A stretch of 64,000 nucleotides of DNA from the human T2T-CHM13v2.0 reference genome, Homo sapiens. Below the pieces are notes generated by a model, which did not search any database, was not told the origin of the DNA, and saw only the letters and a program-made list of their open reading frames with translations. How positions within the stretch are numbered: the stretch's first letter is position 1; each line of letters starts with the position of its first letter. The stretch is from NCBI RefSeq assembly GCF_009914755.1, contig NC_060926.1, one strand, 5' to 3'. A program made the position numbers and the translations under genes. This document shows positions 1 to 15,685 of this stretch, one piece after another.

Positions 1-678
1 CTTAGGCTTCCAAAACTTTCTTCCTTCTTTCCCACCTTAAGGATGAGTGCACTTTAGGGCATCATTTTCAGCATGTCTAGCGTGCCAGTGTTTTTCATTA
101 CACTGTGTTTAAATTACATGCTCTACTTAGGTTTGTTGGGAACCTCACAGAATCTCAGTTCTGCTGTTTTTTAAAAGTTACTTTTTTTCCACCATTATAA
201 TACCTATATTTACTCATTAAACAAAATTTTAAAAATAAGACAAGAAAGGAAAAAATTATTCATAGTTGAACCCCAAATATCTGTTCACATTTTTGTGAAC
301 TTCTTAATTGAAATATAACACATATATAAAAAAGTATAAAAATTATGTGTTTATGATGAAATTTAGCAAGGTTAATATACCCATATAACTACTACCCAGA
401 TCAAGAAATAGAACATTAATGCAGCCTGGAACCTCTCACCTACCACTTCCCAGTCATTATGCCCTCTTGAAGATAACCACTATTCTGACTCCTCTTATGT
501 AGATATGTTTTGCCTGATATTGAACTTTATAAAAATTGAATAATAAAATATGTTCTCTTTTGTGTGGGGCTGAATTATTCAACATTTGTCAATGAAATTC
601 ATGCATGTTGTAGTAGATAGCATTCGTTCATTCTTTTTCATTGCTGTATAGTATTCTACTGTGTGAATATAATTTATT

Positions 679-714
679 CTGTACTTGCTCTTAGCCAAAA
701 GGCCAAGAAGTGAT
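679..714 (-). pseudogene. 3'-truncated (tailless) U2 snRNA retropseudogene, U2 nt 1-36
   Basis: Reverse complement ATCACTTCTTGGCCTTTTGGCTAAGAGCAAGTACAG versus U2 ATCGCTTCTCGGCCTTTTGGCTAAGATCAAGTGTAG (31/36). Flanked by the 13-bp direct repeat AATATAATTTATT (666-678, 716-728). No poly(A). Confidence 0.9.
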
Positions 715-781
715 AAATATAATTTATTGTGTTCACTATTGGACATTTGGGTTGTTTTCACTTTGAGTCTACTATAAATAA

Positions 782-1085
<304 letters not shown>

Positions 1086-1661
1086 TAGCCTTAATAGGTA
1101 TATTACCAAATGGTTTTACCAATTTATATACCACTAATGTATGAGAGTTCTAGTTTCTCCACATTCTTGCCAAGACTTGGTATTGAATGTCTTTTTCAGT
1201 TTTAATTATCCTGGTGTGGAGTACCACATTGTGTTTTTAATTTTATTTTCTCTGATCATCAATAACATTGAGCACTAGTGTAGTCACAATGATGTTCCTC
1301 TAAAGATATATCGATGTCCTGATCCCTGGAGCCTGTGAATATGTGACATTACATGGCAAAAGGGACTTTATCAATGTAATTAAGTTAAGGATCTTAAAAT
1401 GAGGAGCTTATCCTGGATTATCCCAGTGGGCTCAATGTAATCATAAAGGTCCTTATAAGTGAGAGTGACAGGGAGTCAGAGAAGGAGATGCCATGATGGA
1501 AGTAGTGATGCTATGAGGAAGGCTCGACTGACCATTGCTGGCTTTGAAGATGAAAGGGACCTGCTAGCCAAGAAATGTGGGCAGCCTCTAGAAGGTAGAA
1601 AAAGCAGAGGAACAGAGTCTCCCAGTCTCCCTAGGGCCCCCAGTAAGAATGCAGTCCTGAG

Positions 1662-2275
<614 letters not shown>

Positions 2276-2796
2276 TTGAAAATCTGACCACTAGTCAGCC
2301 TTGAAAATCTTGATTTTCGTTCATTGAGACACATTTTGGACACCTGACTTTCAGAACTGTAAGTTAGTACATTTGTGTTGTTTGAAGCCACTAAGTTCAT
2401 GGTAATTTCCTATTATGGCAGCAATAGGAAACTAGTACAAGCACCTTTTCATGTGCTTAGTGACCATTTTGATACCCTCTTTTGTGAAGTGCCTCTTCAG
2501 GTCTTTTTGACCATTTGAAATAACTGGGTTGCCTGTCTTTTTCTTATTGATATATATGAGTTATTTATATATACTGGATATGAGTACTTTGTCAATTCTA
2601 TATTTCAAATATCTTCTCCCATTCTGTGGCTTGCATTTGTATTCTTTGATGATCAGACATTCTTTATTTAGTGAAGTCCAATTTATCAATCTTTATCAAT
2701 CTTTTACTTTATGATTAGTGCTGTCTGGGTCCTGTTAATGAAATATTTCCCCAATTCAGGGTTATGTAAAGATTTTCCTATGTAATCTTCTCAAAA

Positions 2797-3002
2797 CGGC
2801 ACTGTCCAGTAGAACTTTCTGAAGTGCAGAAATGTTCTATGTTTGTACTGTCCAGTGGTAGCCCACTAGTCACATTTGGCTACTGGCCACTTAAAATGTG
2901 GTTAGTGAAAGCTAAATTTTAAATTTTATTAGATTTTAATTAATTCAAAATTAAATGTAGTTAGTCACATGTAGCTAGTGGTTACCACAATGGATACCAC
3001 AG
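2797..3002 (+). mobile_element. MER3 (hAT-Charlie MITE)
   Basis: CGGCACTGTCCAGTAGAACTTTCTG...GCTAGTGGTTACCACAATGGATACCACAG matches the MER3 consensus. Confidence 0.85.
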
Positions 3003-3654
3003 TTCCAGAAACTTTATTGATTTACCTTTAAAATTTAGGTCTGTGATCCAATGGAAATGATTTTATGAGATGGTCATGATTAGCAATTTGTTTTTTAAAT
3101 ACAGATATACAGTTAACCCAGATCTATTATTGAAAAGATCATTTTTTAACCCATTGAACTAGTGGCAACCTTGTCATAAATCAGGCAGCCCTAATAAGTC
3201 TGTTTCTGGATTCCATTCTGATCCATTAGTCTTCATCCTTGCACTGACGCCACGCTGTTTTAATTACTGCAGTTTGAACTCTGAGAATATAACCTCTCTG
3301 ACTTTGTGGTACTTCTTCAGAGTTGTCTTGAGTATTCTGCGTCCTTTGTATTTCTGTATCAGTTTTAGAATTGATCTGTCAATTTCCATTAAAAACCTGC
3401 TGATATTTTGATTGAGATTATATTGATTGTATAAATCACTTTGGAGAGAATTGACATCTTTATAATATTGAGTCTTCCAATCCATGAAAATGATATATCC
3501 CTCTACTTTGTTCTCTTAGTAATGGTTTATAATTTTCTGGAGGAAGTCTTATCCATCTTTTGATGTTCATCTCTACGTATTTGATGGGTTTTGATGCTAT
3601 TGCAGATGGTATACTTTCAATGTTCATTTTCTAATTATTTTTGCTAGTATATAG

Positions 3655-3877
<223 letters not shown>

Positions 3878-3879
3878 TG

Positions 3880-6450
3880 CTTAGGTTTTTAACCTCTTAA
3901 CCGCTGTTTTCTGCTTGGCTAAGAAAGCTCTTCCTTCTTGTATGTACTGGTTAGGAATCGGCAAATACCTTAAGGGGAAATTGTATGCAGAGGGTTGGAC
4001 TTTCCTCTCTGCCATACCATTTTTAATTTGGATCTTGGCCCTCTTCCTTAAGTTTAGGCTGCCTTGGAAGCCCTGAATTCTAAGTTTTGTTTCTCTCATT
4101 CAGTGAGAATGCCGTGAGCGATAGGTGGCAGTTTCTGCTTACCCTCTGGGCTCTGCACTGCAAATTGGTAAATGCCCCAAGGAGGCAGAGTGGGTGAAAT
4201 TTAGGGCTTACTTTAATGTTCAGGGCATTGCTCTTCTGTCAGGATCCCTGCCCCTAAAATTCCTCCTGCTTTGGTTTGTTCATCAGTGTCTTCAATCGAC
4301 TGTGCTCTTTAATTTTATCTAGCTTTTATAGAAGTTCTCAATGGAAAGGTTGGTAGAATAAAATTCACTTTGTCCAACACAGAGTGGATGTCTAAATGTT
4401 AACATTTTAATGGATATTCATTCTGTTTCCTTTAATGTGCTTATGTTTTTATGTCTGTGAGCATGCTGTTTATACAAGTTTGGGTTTTGGTCCTGATTTT
4501 ATATTGTCATACACAGCAGTTTCTTGAACCATTTCTCTTGTATTTGGGCAGTAGGGTGTTTCTTTTATTTTCCTTTTTAAAAAAATCTTTTTTTAAGTTT
4601 ATATTTTCCTTTTTATAAATGATGTTCTCAGGAGCATTTTTTTCTACAAAAAGCCTTTTTTTTGATTTGGGGTTATTTTCTTAAAAGGTAGGATTTCTAA
4701 TTTATTTTTGTTGTGGTTTTCTCTGATACTCTGGGTCATTATTCCTGGCATACTGAAATTTAACAATAATGTGGCTTTGTTTGGGTCTTCCATCCATTGA
4801 TCTTGCCTTTTTTGGGCCTTTCAACCTACAAACTCCTGAGTCTCAGTTCTGGAATGTTTTCTTGCCTTCCTTTCCATTCTCTTTGCTCTTTCTTCTTCAA
4901 AGCTTTTTGGTAGTTTTGAGACCTCCTGGATCTGTAATTGTAATCCTATTTTCCTTATTATTATTGTTTTCTATTTTCTGGTAGATTTTTCTATTTTGTC
5001 ATTCAAATCGGTTGAATTTTTATTTTTATATTTTATATTTTAAAATGCTTTTTAAAAATTTACTGAATTTTTCTTTTTTATACCTTCTTGTTTCAATATA
5101 TTGCCATATTTTTTCTTTTTTCTGAGTATATTAATTATGTCCCTCCCTTATGTCTCCTTCCTTTTCTCTGTCACCTCAGCATTCCCTTTTTCTCCTGTAT
5201 ATTTGTATTGGTCTTTAACTTTTAGGTTCAAGGCTTTCATCAGATGTTGGGCAGGCTTTGGCTCTCTTTGTATTTAAGAGCAAGACCCCTGAAAGCAAAT
5301 TGGGAGCTCTATATGAGGGGCAGTGTTGATGAGTGGTTTCACCATAGGGTGTTAAGGTGGTGCACCGCCTTTGCAATGGAGGATGCTGTAATACAATGTC
5401 AGGATGGAGGGGCATTTTCTCTTGTGTTGGTCAGTTTCCCCAGAAAGGAACCTCCAATCTCTTGCCTGGGGGTGACCGTGGGGTATGCAGTATACCTGGT
5501 GGCAAGTGTTCCAGGAGTAAAATGGAGAGAGGTTTTATGGTTCACAAGGCCGCCGACTCACTTAACTTCCTGTATGAGCTTTCCTCAGCTGGGCAGCCCC
5601 AGAGAGTAAATCTCCAGAGTTCTGCTGGGTGAGAGGAGGATTCTGGTGGACTCACTGTTCTTTACACAAGCTCTCAACTAGTCCTCCTACTTTCACCCCC
5701 TCCCTCCACTCCAGCCTTCAGGATATGTATCTGCAAGGCCCTGAGCCTTTCCAGGTTTCCGGCTGTGAGCTGGCTGCTTCTTTCTGACTTCCCCCTTCTT
5801 CCTCCCACCCTCGCCCTGGTAGGCTTAGATTTCTTAGGGTTCTAAAATCAGTCACCACTTACTCATTTGCTTTCCAGCTCCTTTTTTTTTTTTTTTCTTC
5901 AAGGTTTCTTTTGCATACTTTATCCTTTCTTCTTGTTCTCTTTGTCTTTGTGGGCCTGTGTCTTTTAAAATAACTCCCTATCTTTTCAATTTGGCAAGAA
6001 GCATAGATAAATGCTTTAAAACTGAAAGTCTTGCATTGGATTTTGAATGCCAGTCACCGTAATTTTCATTTCTATGAGTTTTATTTGACTTTCACTTTTC
6101 TTCTGTTCTCGTATGCATTATTCTTACCATGTGATATCTACACCTTCATCTTTTTATTGATTTTAAATAGATTTAAAATCTTTCCAGCTGTTCTATTGTT
6201 TTCAAGTCCTGAAGGGAGAGGGGAGTGGGTGGAAAGAAGGGATGCTAATTGTCTTGCTTGCTGTGTCTCCTGAGTCTTCCTTACAGTGACTTGTTTTCTT
6301 TGTCCAGTGTAATACTATTTCTGGTGGGAGTCCTGTATGTCCTGGTTGTGGAGACATCCCTACAGAGTAGGTTTTGCCTTGCTTCTGATGGCCCAGAATG
6401 TGCTCTTATAGTTTCTCTTATTTCTGGACCTCTATACGTGTGGTTTCAGA
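3880..6450 (-). mobile_element. Highly degraded ancient LINE-1/HAL1-like sequence
   Basis: Long T-rich strand-biased tract typical of old antisense L1 5'/ORF1 regions; subfamily and ends not resolvable by eye. Confidence 0.35.
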
Positions 6451-6499
6451 AATGTTCTATTTTCTCATCTTTGCTTCACTGTCTCTTACTAATCTCTCA

Positions 6500-6755
6500 G
6501 ATCTCTGTTTAGAAGTGATTTTCTCTGGGACGGTTTTCCCAGTCCCCCATTCCCTGTATTGTCCCCTAGTATATTATACTTCCTCCAACGTAGTACTTAT
6601 TACCCTGTAGTATATCATCCATTTGTTTGTCTCTCTCTTCCTTGTGACTGATTCTGGAAGACAGGATCATGTTATCTTGTTCACTGTTAAATATCTAGTG
6701 CCTACCAAAGTACCTGGCCCAAACCAGGTGTCAGTAAATATTTTATAAAAGAATA
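6500..6755 (+). mobile_element. L2 3' end
   Basis: CTTGTTCACTGTTAAATATCTAGTGCCTA...CAGTAAATATTT matches the L2 tail. Confidence 0.7.
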
Positions 6756-8174
6756 TGATGCTATATCTTGTTTTAAGAGGCTTTGCAGGGATGGGTTACA
6801 GATTGGTCTGAGAGCATTGTTTTTTTAATCCCAGTTTTGCTACATTCCAGGTGACACTCCTTCATAGAGCAATGTAGGGTAATGCAGGGGTGCTCTGCAA
6901 ACATAAAATATGGGTGGTTCATAGGTGGTTCATAAGTTGCCTTTTTGAGCTATAGATTTTCTTCCTGTTTTCATCACTTCCACATATAGTACATAATGGA
7001 TCACACACTTGAAAACAAAAAATAGGGATGGAGTGCTTGGCACTCAGCACACGACCCAGTATTCTTGTGTGGCTCCCTCTTAGACCCAGTGAAGCAGCCT
7101 CCATTAGGTGGATGTTTTCAATTCCATTTTCCATTTGTGAAATGTGTGATTATGAAACAGCTGTGTAACAGTCTGTTGTGTCTAGCATGTCTTCTTTTCA
7201 GGTAGTAGGAAATGACAAGTTCATACTAGATGAATAATAATATGCATATCTGATAATTAGGCCCACAGTTTACAGTGGCTTTGACTGGTATTTCATGTAG
7301 CTATCTTCAAAACTTGAGTTTAGGAATACTGTCCAAAGAATTTTTTTTATAGCTAATTGAATGAGTAACCTTGGTTTTCTGGAGTATTTTATGGTAATAC
7401 TAGAAAGAATAGTGGTGGTAACTATTATAAGATCATGGGGGAAGTGCTAAAATGAGTCACTTATTTTGGAAATAGCAATAATATTATTTGCTAATATTTA
7501 TTGAATGCTGACTAAACGCATAGTAACTTTATTCATTTAAGGAGCTTTTAAAGGTTTTATAGAGTTTTTAAAAGTCATAAATTCAGACATAAATTAGCAA
7601 TGGATGCCAAATCTGGGGGAGAGAGAAAAACTTTAAAAACTCTAAAAACTTTACATGTACCAACTCATTTAAATCTAAAGAAAAGTTGGATTTATACCAA
7701 CACATCTTCATCACCAAGCTAGCATGTGAATGCTCAGGAGAGAGCATGCAGAATCTGCTCAAAATGGAGACATTTTAACTATATCCCAATGTTAGGCTGT
7801 GCTAAGGTGATCCAAGAGTGAAGTTCGAGGTTGGACAAAATTAGATGTAATTAATAGTTGAGGAAACTTCCTTCCCTCCATATATATATATATAAAATCT
7901 TTGTTTACATATAATATATATTTATATATATTTTAATGATTAAGTGTAGGTGAGAAATAAGATAACTTGCTCTAGATATCAGCAGGATCATTATACACAG
8001 CAGGATCAAGACTCCGGCTCCGATTCTGGGCCATTACTCTGATGCATTAAGAATGTTAGTAATTTAAATAGCCTAACTTCCAGTTTTTCTCAGTTTCCAC
8101 TATTTTGTAGTCAAATTGATCTTGGTCTTAGATTTATTTAGTGTTTGACTCGATCCATATTTTTAATCATTGAA

Positions 8175-8665
8175 AATTAATTTTTAACTACTTAAGTAAT
8201 ACATGAATAAGTTTTCTTTTTTTTTTTTTAATTTTAGAACATTCCAAATGAAGCTTTCATTTCCTGTCCTGGTCTCCCTCCATGCTCCCCAGATATTCAC
8301 TACTGCTATGAGTTTGGTATATATTTTTCAGATCTTTATATTCACGTACTACCCAAGAACATAACAGAGTATTGCTTTATGCATGTGCTTGATTTCTTTA
8401 CATAAATTCCCCTATTGACAGACTTCTAGGTTCTTTTGCTTTTCAAACAGTGTTTCAGTGAATCCTTGCACACATGGGAGAGTGGCCCTCTAGGGAGATA
8501 TCTAGAGGTGGACTTGGTTAGTCACAGGTATGCCCATTTTCAGTTTCAATATAGCCTAGAATTGCAGTACCTAGAGGCAGCAGGCTTGCAGAGTACCTGT
8601 TTCCCTACCATCTGGCCGGTATATGACACTATCAAATTCAATTTGTTTTGCCAAATGTAATTTTA
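8175..8665 (-). mobile_element. L1ME 3' fragment
   Basis: AAGTAATACATG...CCCCAGATATTCACTACTGCTATGAGTTTGGTATAT resembles the L1ME3/4 3' end. Confidence 0.5.
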
Positions 8666-9739
8666 TCTGGGTTTTCTTTCTTATATGAAGAAGTAAGTTT
8701 CTATCTTTCCCTTATACAAACAAACCTTGACAGAGAATCACTGCTTTTGTCCTGGAATTCGGAAGATTTCAAAGATGGGAGGTGTACATGAGATCCATTC
8801 TCTCTCCCCATTGCTTTGAAGTTGAGGGAGCATTTTTTTTTTTTTTTTTTTTTTTACTAGAAAAAGAATCTGGGACAGACTGAAAGATGGAAGTTACTCT
8901 GTGTCTGGGAAATACAAACCTCCTGAATCTAGAAGCATGAGGCTTAGTATGATGAATGGTGACCAATAATGTTTTTATTAATCTGGGAAGTACTGAGTTT
9001 GGTAATCAGTATCTTTGAGGTTTATGCTAGTGAAGTTAATCCCAAGGCATTTGAGAAACTAGATTTCAGCTTCTCTGCTTTATGGTTTTAATTCCACTTT
9101 ATTCTTAGTGGTAGTGCAGCCAAATGATAATAACTCTCATCATTGTTGAGAAATTGTTTTCCATATGGTTATTTCATCTGAGAATATGATTTTAAACAGA
9201 CTACCAAAGTCATAGTACTCCCAGTTTGTGGAACGGACTTGTTTAATGTTATAAACTTGAATTTTGCAGTTTTGTGAACCAAAAAATATGATAATAAACA
9301 ATACGCTTTGTTTCTTTTTTATTAATGCTTAACTGAAAAAAAAGCATAAATGAAGGTGCTTATTTTTATTAATTGGGGAAATACCAGGGATTAAACAAAG
9401 CTTAGTCCTTCAGTGTTTATAATTTCTGGTAAGAAAGTTGAATAAGGTATTTCCCCTTTTCAGAGCAGCTTACTAGTTTTATCTGAGGTATATAATATGT
9501 GAATGTAATTAAATTATCAAATTTGGTTGATCATTTAAAAAATCACAAAGGCATAAAAGTGGACATTTATGAATCACATTGCAATTTGGTCAAAAGTGAT
9601 TCTTTCACTAACATAAATCATAAACTCTGTGGATATAGCTTGACTTTAATTTGTCTGAATTATGATATGGAAATGTTTAAAATGGTCAAAAATAGTTGAG
9701 GTACCTATGCTTTAAGTTTAAAATATAAGTCTATTTAAA

Positions 9740-11495
9740 CTTATTTTGGAATCATTTCAAACTTGTAGAAAAATAGCAAGAATAGTCCACAGATTTCATC
9801 CATTTTTAGTATTTTGACACATTTTCTTTGTTATTCTTTCTCTTTATAGATACGCATTAGTATTGCTTTTTTTTTTGGAATCACTTGAAAGTAGGTTGAA
9901 TGCATCATTCCCTTTTACCCTTAATACTAAAACATGTAATTTTAAGAATAAGGATAGTCACTTGTATAACCACAGTATGGTTATTAAATTCAGGAAATTT
10001 AATGTTGACACAATACTGTTATCTGCTCTATATTCTTCTTTAGTCAGTAATGCCAATAATTGCCTTTAGGGCAATTTTTTTCTGGTATAAGATCCAGCTC
10101 AGATAATGTATTGCATTTCATTTTCATGTCTCCTTAGTCTCTTTTAATCTGGAAAAGTGCCTAAGCCTCTCTTTATCTTTTAGGACATTGACATTTTAGA
10201 AGAACACAGGCCAGTTCTTTTACTGAATGTCCCTCAAGTTGGGTTTATCTGATGTTTCCTCATGATCAGCTTTAGGGTATGCATGTTTGGCTGGAGTACC
10301 TCAGAAGTGATAGTGTGTCCTCCTCAGAACATCACGGATGGGAATGCATGATGTCTATCCACTCATTATTGGTGATGTTCAATCTGATCATGGTAAAATC
10401 GATCATTAAATGTTATCCATTTTCTCTATCATATAGTTACTATTTTTTTCTTTTCTAATTATAGAGTAATTTGAGTGGAAGTGCTTTTTAAGACTCCACA
10501 TAAATATCTTACTCCCCAAGCGTCTCCCACCTCCAGATTTAGTATCCGTTGCTAATTTATGTCTGAATTTGTGACTTTTAAAAACTCCATTGTTCCTTCC
10601 ATATTTATTAGTTGACATTCTGCTATAATAAAGTGCTTCCTGCCCTTATTTATTTTGATGCTCAGATTATCCCCAGGGCCAATAGGAACTCCATTTATCT
10701 ATTTCCTTTGTCCTTCTGACATGCTTTATAAATTTGTGTAGCATCTTATTGCTGTTTGGCATCATAGCTGTTCCAGGTCCATTTTGTACTTTCCCTTCCC
10801 TAGCACTGGAATCAATTTCTCCAAGAAATTCTGGTTCTTTTAGTGGGACTGGTATTTAAGAACTGTGATCTGTGATCATTGCTGTGCCAGAATGTCATTG
10901 TTCTTGACCTTTTCAGCAGATGGAGCTGGGGAATATATATACCTACACACTCATATATATAGCTAAAAAGATAGAGATACATTTAAACATCTTAAGTTTA
11001 TACTGGTAACCCCCCAATTCCAACACAGCTTCCCACCCTACATTCTTCCTTGGTTTCTCCCATTTATTATTTATGTCTCTTTTCTTCCATAGTGAGAAGT
11101 CTGGCTCACAAAACATAATACATTTATTCATTTGATCCATCCTGCAATGTGCATAAAATAGTTTCAGGATTGTATACCCATCGAGTATGAAAAACAAACT
11201 GCTAAGAAGAGTTCAAGATTTATTTGCAGTTCTTTTATATTTCTTTACACTGAGCATGAATAGTCAAAGTTCTATGTTCAGAAGTTACTTGGATTAGTTC
11301 TGTATTTTAAAAATTCAGCATGGTTATGTTATTCATTTTAAATAAAGTTGGGTTCACTGGAATACAGTTAGGTTTACATTCAGTTTTAGGCTTCTCCCTC
11401 TATTCTTGTTGATCTAATTGAATTTTTGAATGTTTATAGAACTTTAACATGATTCCAAAACTCCAGACTATACAAAATAAGATATACTCAGAGAA
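9740..11495 (-). mobile_element. L1MC-type 3' UTR fragment
   Basis: TTATTTTGGAATCATTTCAAACTTGTAGAAAAATAGCAAG; GAATAAGGATAGTCACTTGTATAACCACAGTA; TGAGAAGTCTGGCTC. Confidence 0.75.
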
Positions 11496-13468
11496 GTATT
11501 CCAAGCTTCTTTCATTTTATTATCTTTTAAGTTAGCAATCTGCTTTTAAAGAATATTGAGAATTTAAAATCAAACACAGTGTTTGGCTAGGTGCATTTGT
11601 GTGGTTTTTGGATGGGTAGGTGGGTAGAGATATTACTGTCTGTTCTCCAAGTCATAGAAAATATGGAGAATGAAAATCGTCTTTCTCCTTCTACCAGGAG
11701 CCTAAAAGGGTGAATGTATTCAAAGTGGTTAAGGTAAAAATTGGGTATGACATTAATTTCATCGGAAAACAGCTTCAGCAGGCCTGGCAGGGTAGGGTGA
11801 GGGTTTGGAAAGGCTCTGGTGCTTTCAGGGCGTGACACTAGGGGGCACCTTGGCTCTGATGCTGCCTTCAGGCTCCCTTCTCTGCCAGAGCGAGGCTGGG
11901 AAGTGAGGTTCAAGATCTCCAGCCCTGAAGGCCTCTCCAAACTCCGTTGGTTGTTCTGTGCCATCTTGTAGGGTTTTGACCCAGGGGTGGACAGAAGTTG
12001 AAGGACAGGGACATTCTCAGGCCTCTGGCCTTTTCCCTCGTTGACCTTCTTAACTTCCTGCCCTCTAGTCAGCATTTTATTTTGTTTAGGTTGGCAAAAG
12101 TGGCTGAGTTAAGTAACCTGTCCAAGGTCATCATTCAACCTCCAAGCAGTCCAGTTATTTTCAATATGCCATTTTAGAAAGGTTATAGACAGCGGCCATT
12201 TATGCTGTGTGCCTGTCTGCCTGTAAAATAAGATTAAGTCCATATAATTTCCTAATACAAAACAAACTGGCACAAAGTAGACATAGTGGGAATATTATTA
12301 GTTACACGTTATGAAGTTGGAAAATTCAAATGAGAGCCATTTAAAGTAAATATAGAATTAGCGAGATTAGACCAAGAGGAAAAAAGTTGAGCTGATAATT
12401 AACTCAACATCTGATCCCCCCAAAGCAATCACAAATAAATTCATTATCCCTATTGCTCGTGAAACCTGGGGGCACTCCACTTGTATAAGGAATTTGAGGT
12501 GCATTAACTTTAAATTGCACTTGTCTGCTTCTTGTTGCTTGTGTAGGCATGTTTGCATTGCTTACATTAATGCTTAGTAATTCAGTGGCTAATGTGAAAT
12601 CCCCCTGCTTTAACTTTGGGGAAGATAAAATTAAATTGTGCCTTCATCAATAAATACAAGAATAGGTTAAAGGCTGAACTTGTTTTTAAGAACATCACCT
12701 ATCTCATCAGGAGTGACTGGTTAAATACTGTTCTGCCTAGGGCAGAATCAAACGCAGTTTGGGGAAATGGGGCAGCAAAAGGCCATGGTGGCCTTTTCAG
12801 CTTTCTTTCTATTTGGTATATGCATGGTAGGAGATGCCAGATTCCTATTTAACCTCTTCTATTTACAAAACTGCTTATGCCAAAATTTATTCATGAGTGC
12901 TTCCATTAAAGCTTGTAGTGAATTTTTTCCACCTGGGATTGTTGGCATTTGATTAGTGGGAGATGGTTAAATCACACATATGAATAGTTAGCTAATATTT
13001 TTGCTTTCAGTGTTTGTTTCCATTTTTAAAATTTTTCCTCTCTTTTGCCTACATTAGAATTTTTTTTTCTTTATTTCCCACTTTCTCGTAATAATATATT
13101 TTCTGGATATCTTCCTTTGAGTGGAAAACTACCTGAATTTTAAATTTAAGTGATTGTAGAAGTTTTAGAAGCAGTAAATATTTATTATATTCAGCCTCTA
13201 ACTTATTGTGTATAATTTAACACACATAAGCAGATCTCTAGAAATTACTTACAAGGGTATTTTTAAGAAGAGAAATGCTGATCTTATATTTTTAGTATGG
13301 ATTGACATAATTTTAAATCTTCTTAAACAATGGCTAAAACTTGTTATGAATTATCTATATCTATAATTTTAGCATTTAATTATATATCTCCTCTTTTGAA
13401 CTGTTCTCTGGTTGTTTACCCTCTTTTCCCTACAAACTTAAGGGCAAACAAATTTTATGCATTCTTTT

Positions 13469-13752
<284 letters not shown>

Positions 13753-13869
13753 ATGCATTCTTTTTAGTTTAGTCCCTATGGTACCATCTATACCATTATA
13801 AAATAGGTACTTAATAAATAGTCAATAAATACTTTAACCATTTCTTATCTACATACAATCTACTTTCTT

Positions 13870-14790
13870 TTTTATTTTACTTTTTATTTTGAAGCAATTT
13901 TAGACTTAGAAAAGTTCCAAGATGTGTAAGAAGAATACCAATATACCTTTCACCCAGATTCCTCAAATGTTAAGTATTTTGCCACATTTGCTTTAATATT
14001 CTCTCTCTTATTCTCTCTCCCTTCTTTCCACCTCCTCCTCTCACACTTTCCTTCCTCTCTCTATTCTTTTCCTTCATCTATCCACATGTATATGTATGTA
14101 GATACATATTTTTTTCTTGAGCCACTTGAGAGTAAGTTGCAGACCAGACACCTTGTGTAGTTACTAAAAACAAGGACTTCTTTTGTGTAACCACAGTATA
14201 GCTTTCAAAATCAATAAAATAATATTTAAACAATAGCTGATGTATAGATCTGATTAATATTTTGGCAATTGTCCCAATAATGTCCTTCAGAGCAAAAGAA
14301 AATCCCAGATCACGTGTTAAACATATCAAGTCTGTTTTGTCTTCTTTGATCTAGAACATTTCCTTAGTCTTTCTTTGTCTTTCATAACCTTGATACTTCT
14401 GAAGAATACAAGGCAGTTATTTTATAGAATGACCGTCAGTTTGGGTTTGTCCAGTGTTTTCTTATAATTTTGTTTATATAATTTTGGCAGAAGTATCACA
14501 GAAATGATGTATTCTTCTTAGTACATAATATCAGGAGGCACATGATATTAATTTGTCCTATTACTGGTAATGTTAACTTTGGTCACTTGGTTTAGGGGAT
14601 CTGCCAGATTTCTCTATGGCAAAGTTACTATTTTTTTTTCCTTTGTAATTAACATATATCTTGTGGAAATACAGTTTGAGTCTGTGTAAATATCTGTTTC
14701 TAATCAAACTTTCACACAGGAGTTTTAGCATCAACTGATGATTCATGGCATAGTAAATTATTATTATGATTGCCAAATTAGATTCTCTTA
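13870..14790 (-). mobile_element. L1MC/ME-type 3' UTR fragment
   Basis: TTTTATTTTGAAGCAATTTTAGACTTAG...TACCTTTCACCCAGATTCCTC; TGAGAGTAAGTTGCAGAC. Confidence 0.75.
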
Positions 14791-15604
14791 TTTTGAATAT
14801 ATATGTCCTTTGTTTATATGTTTACATATATGTCCTTTGTTTAGCTTCAGAATTATCTCCTAATTGTCTTCGTCATTATATGCCTTATTCTATTGTACAG
14901 TAAATAACATTTATTTATTTCTCACAAATAAGTAACTTCATACTGAATACTTTTCATGATGGATCATCTGCTATCCTTTGTTTGCAATAGCAGCTAAAAG
15001 TAGCACCAAGTATATTAAATATCACTAGCAGAATAGTTTGCTTTCACATAATTTTAGGAAAAAAATAATATCTAGAAATATAGTATTTTGTGTCAAAATT
15101 ACCCTCCTTGAATGAGGCAGTCAAAGTAGGTTTTTATAGAGCATCTGTTTGCTGTCACTGTTTCTTTGAAGCATCTTGAATACTATTTTGACACTGTTAC
15201 AGCAAAGTATTAACTGATGCAACATAAACACAATTTAACTCAGTATTAACAGGACAGTTTGACAAGCCCTATTCAATGAAGAAGAACCTACAGCCAGGGA
15301 AAAAATGCCTAGATTCTAATGCATCAACATAGATATTGTTTTGCCTTTTTATTATATGATGATAAAGTAGAATCTACTAGATAAAAATAAATAACATGTA
15401 AATAGATATTTATATCAAGACTGGATAGTATACTTTTATTTTAAGAAACACCCATGCAATACTTTTAGTCTCCAGTCTAAAAAGATATTTCACCTCAAAT
15501 ATCTATTTTATTTTATTTCTACTATGTCTATTGCAATTTAGTTCTGTGTATCACATATTTACTGAGTAGCCTGCCTGGACCTATACAGTAATTAAGTGGT
15601 ATGA

Positions 15605-15607
<3 letters not shown>

Positions 15608-15648
<41 letters not shown>

Positions 15649-15655
15649 TGTGTGT
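15608..15655. repeat. (GT)n microsatellite, one interruption
   Basis: Direct read. Confidence 0.97.
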
Positions 15656-15685
15656 ATGTTGCAAAAATATTGGAAGAAGTACTTT

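Noticed and set aside
3264-3485. L1 ORF2-like peptide
   Set aside because: A degraded fragment of an ancient L1; no intact retrotransposon in the window.
11587-12075. 162-aa minus-strand ORF
   Set aside because: No recognisable domain, splice context or retrocopy hallmarks; its length is compatible with chance.
12200-12960. Repeat-free TAAT-rich block suggestive of a conserved non-coding element
   Set aside because: Conservation cannot be judged from one sequence.
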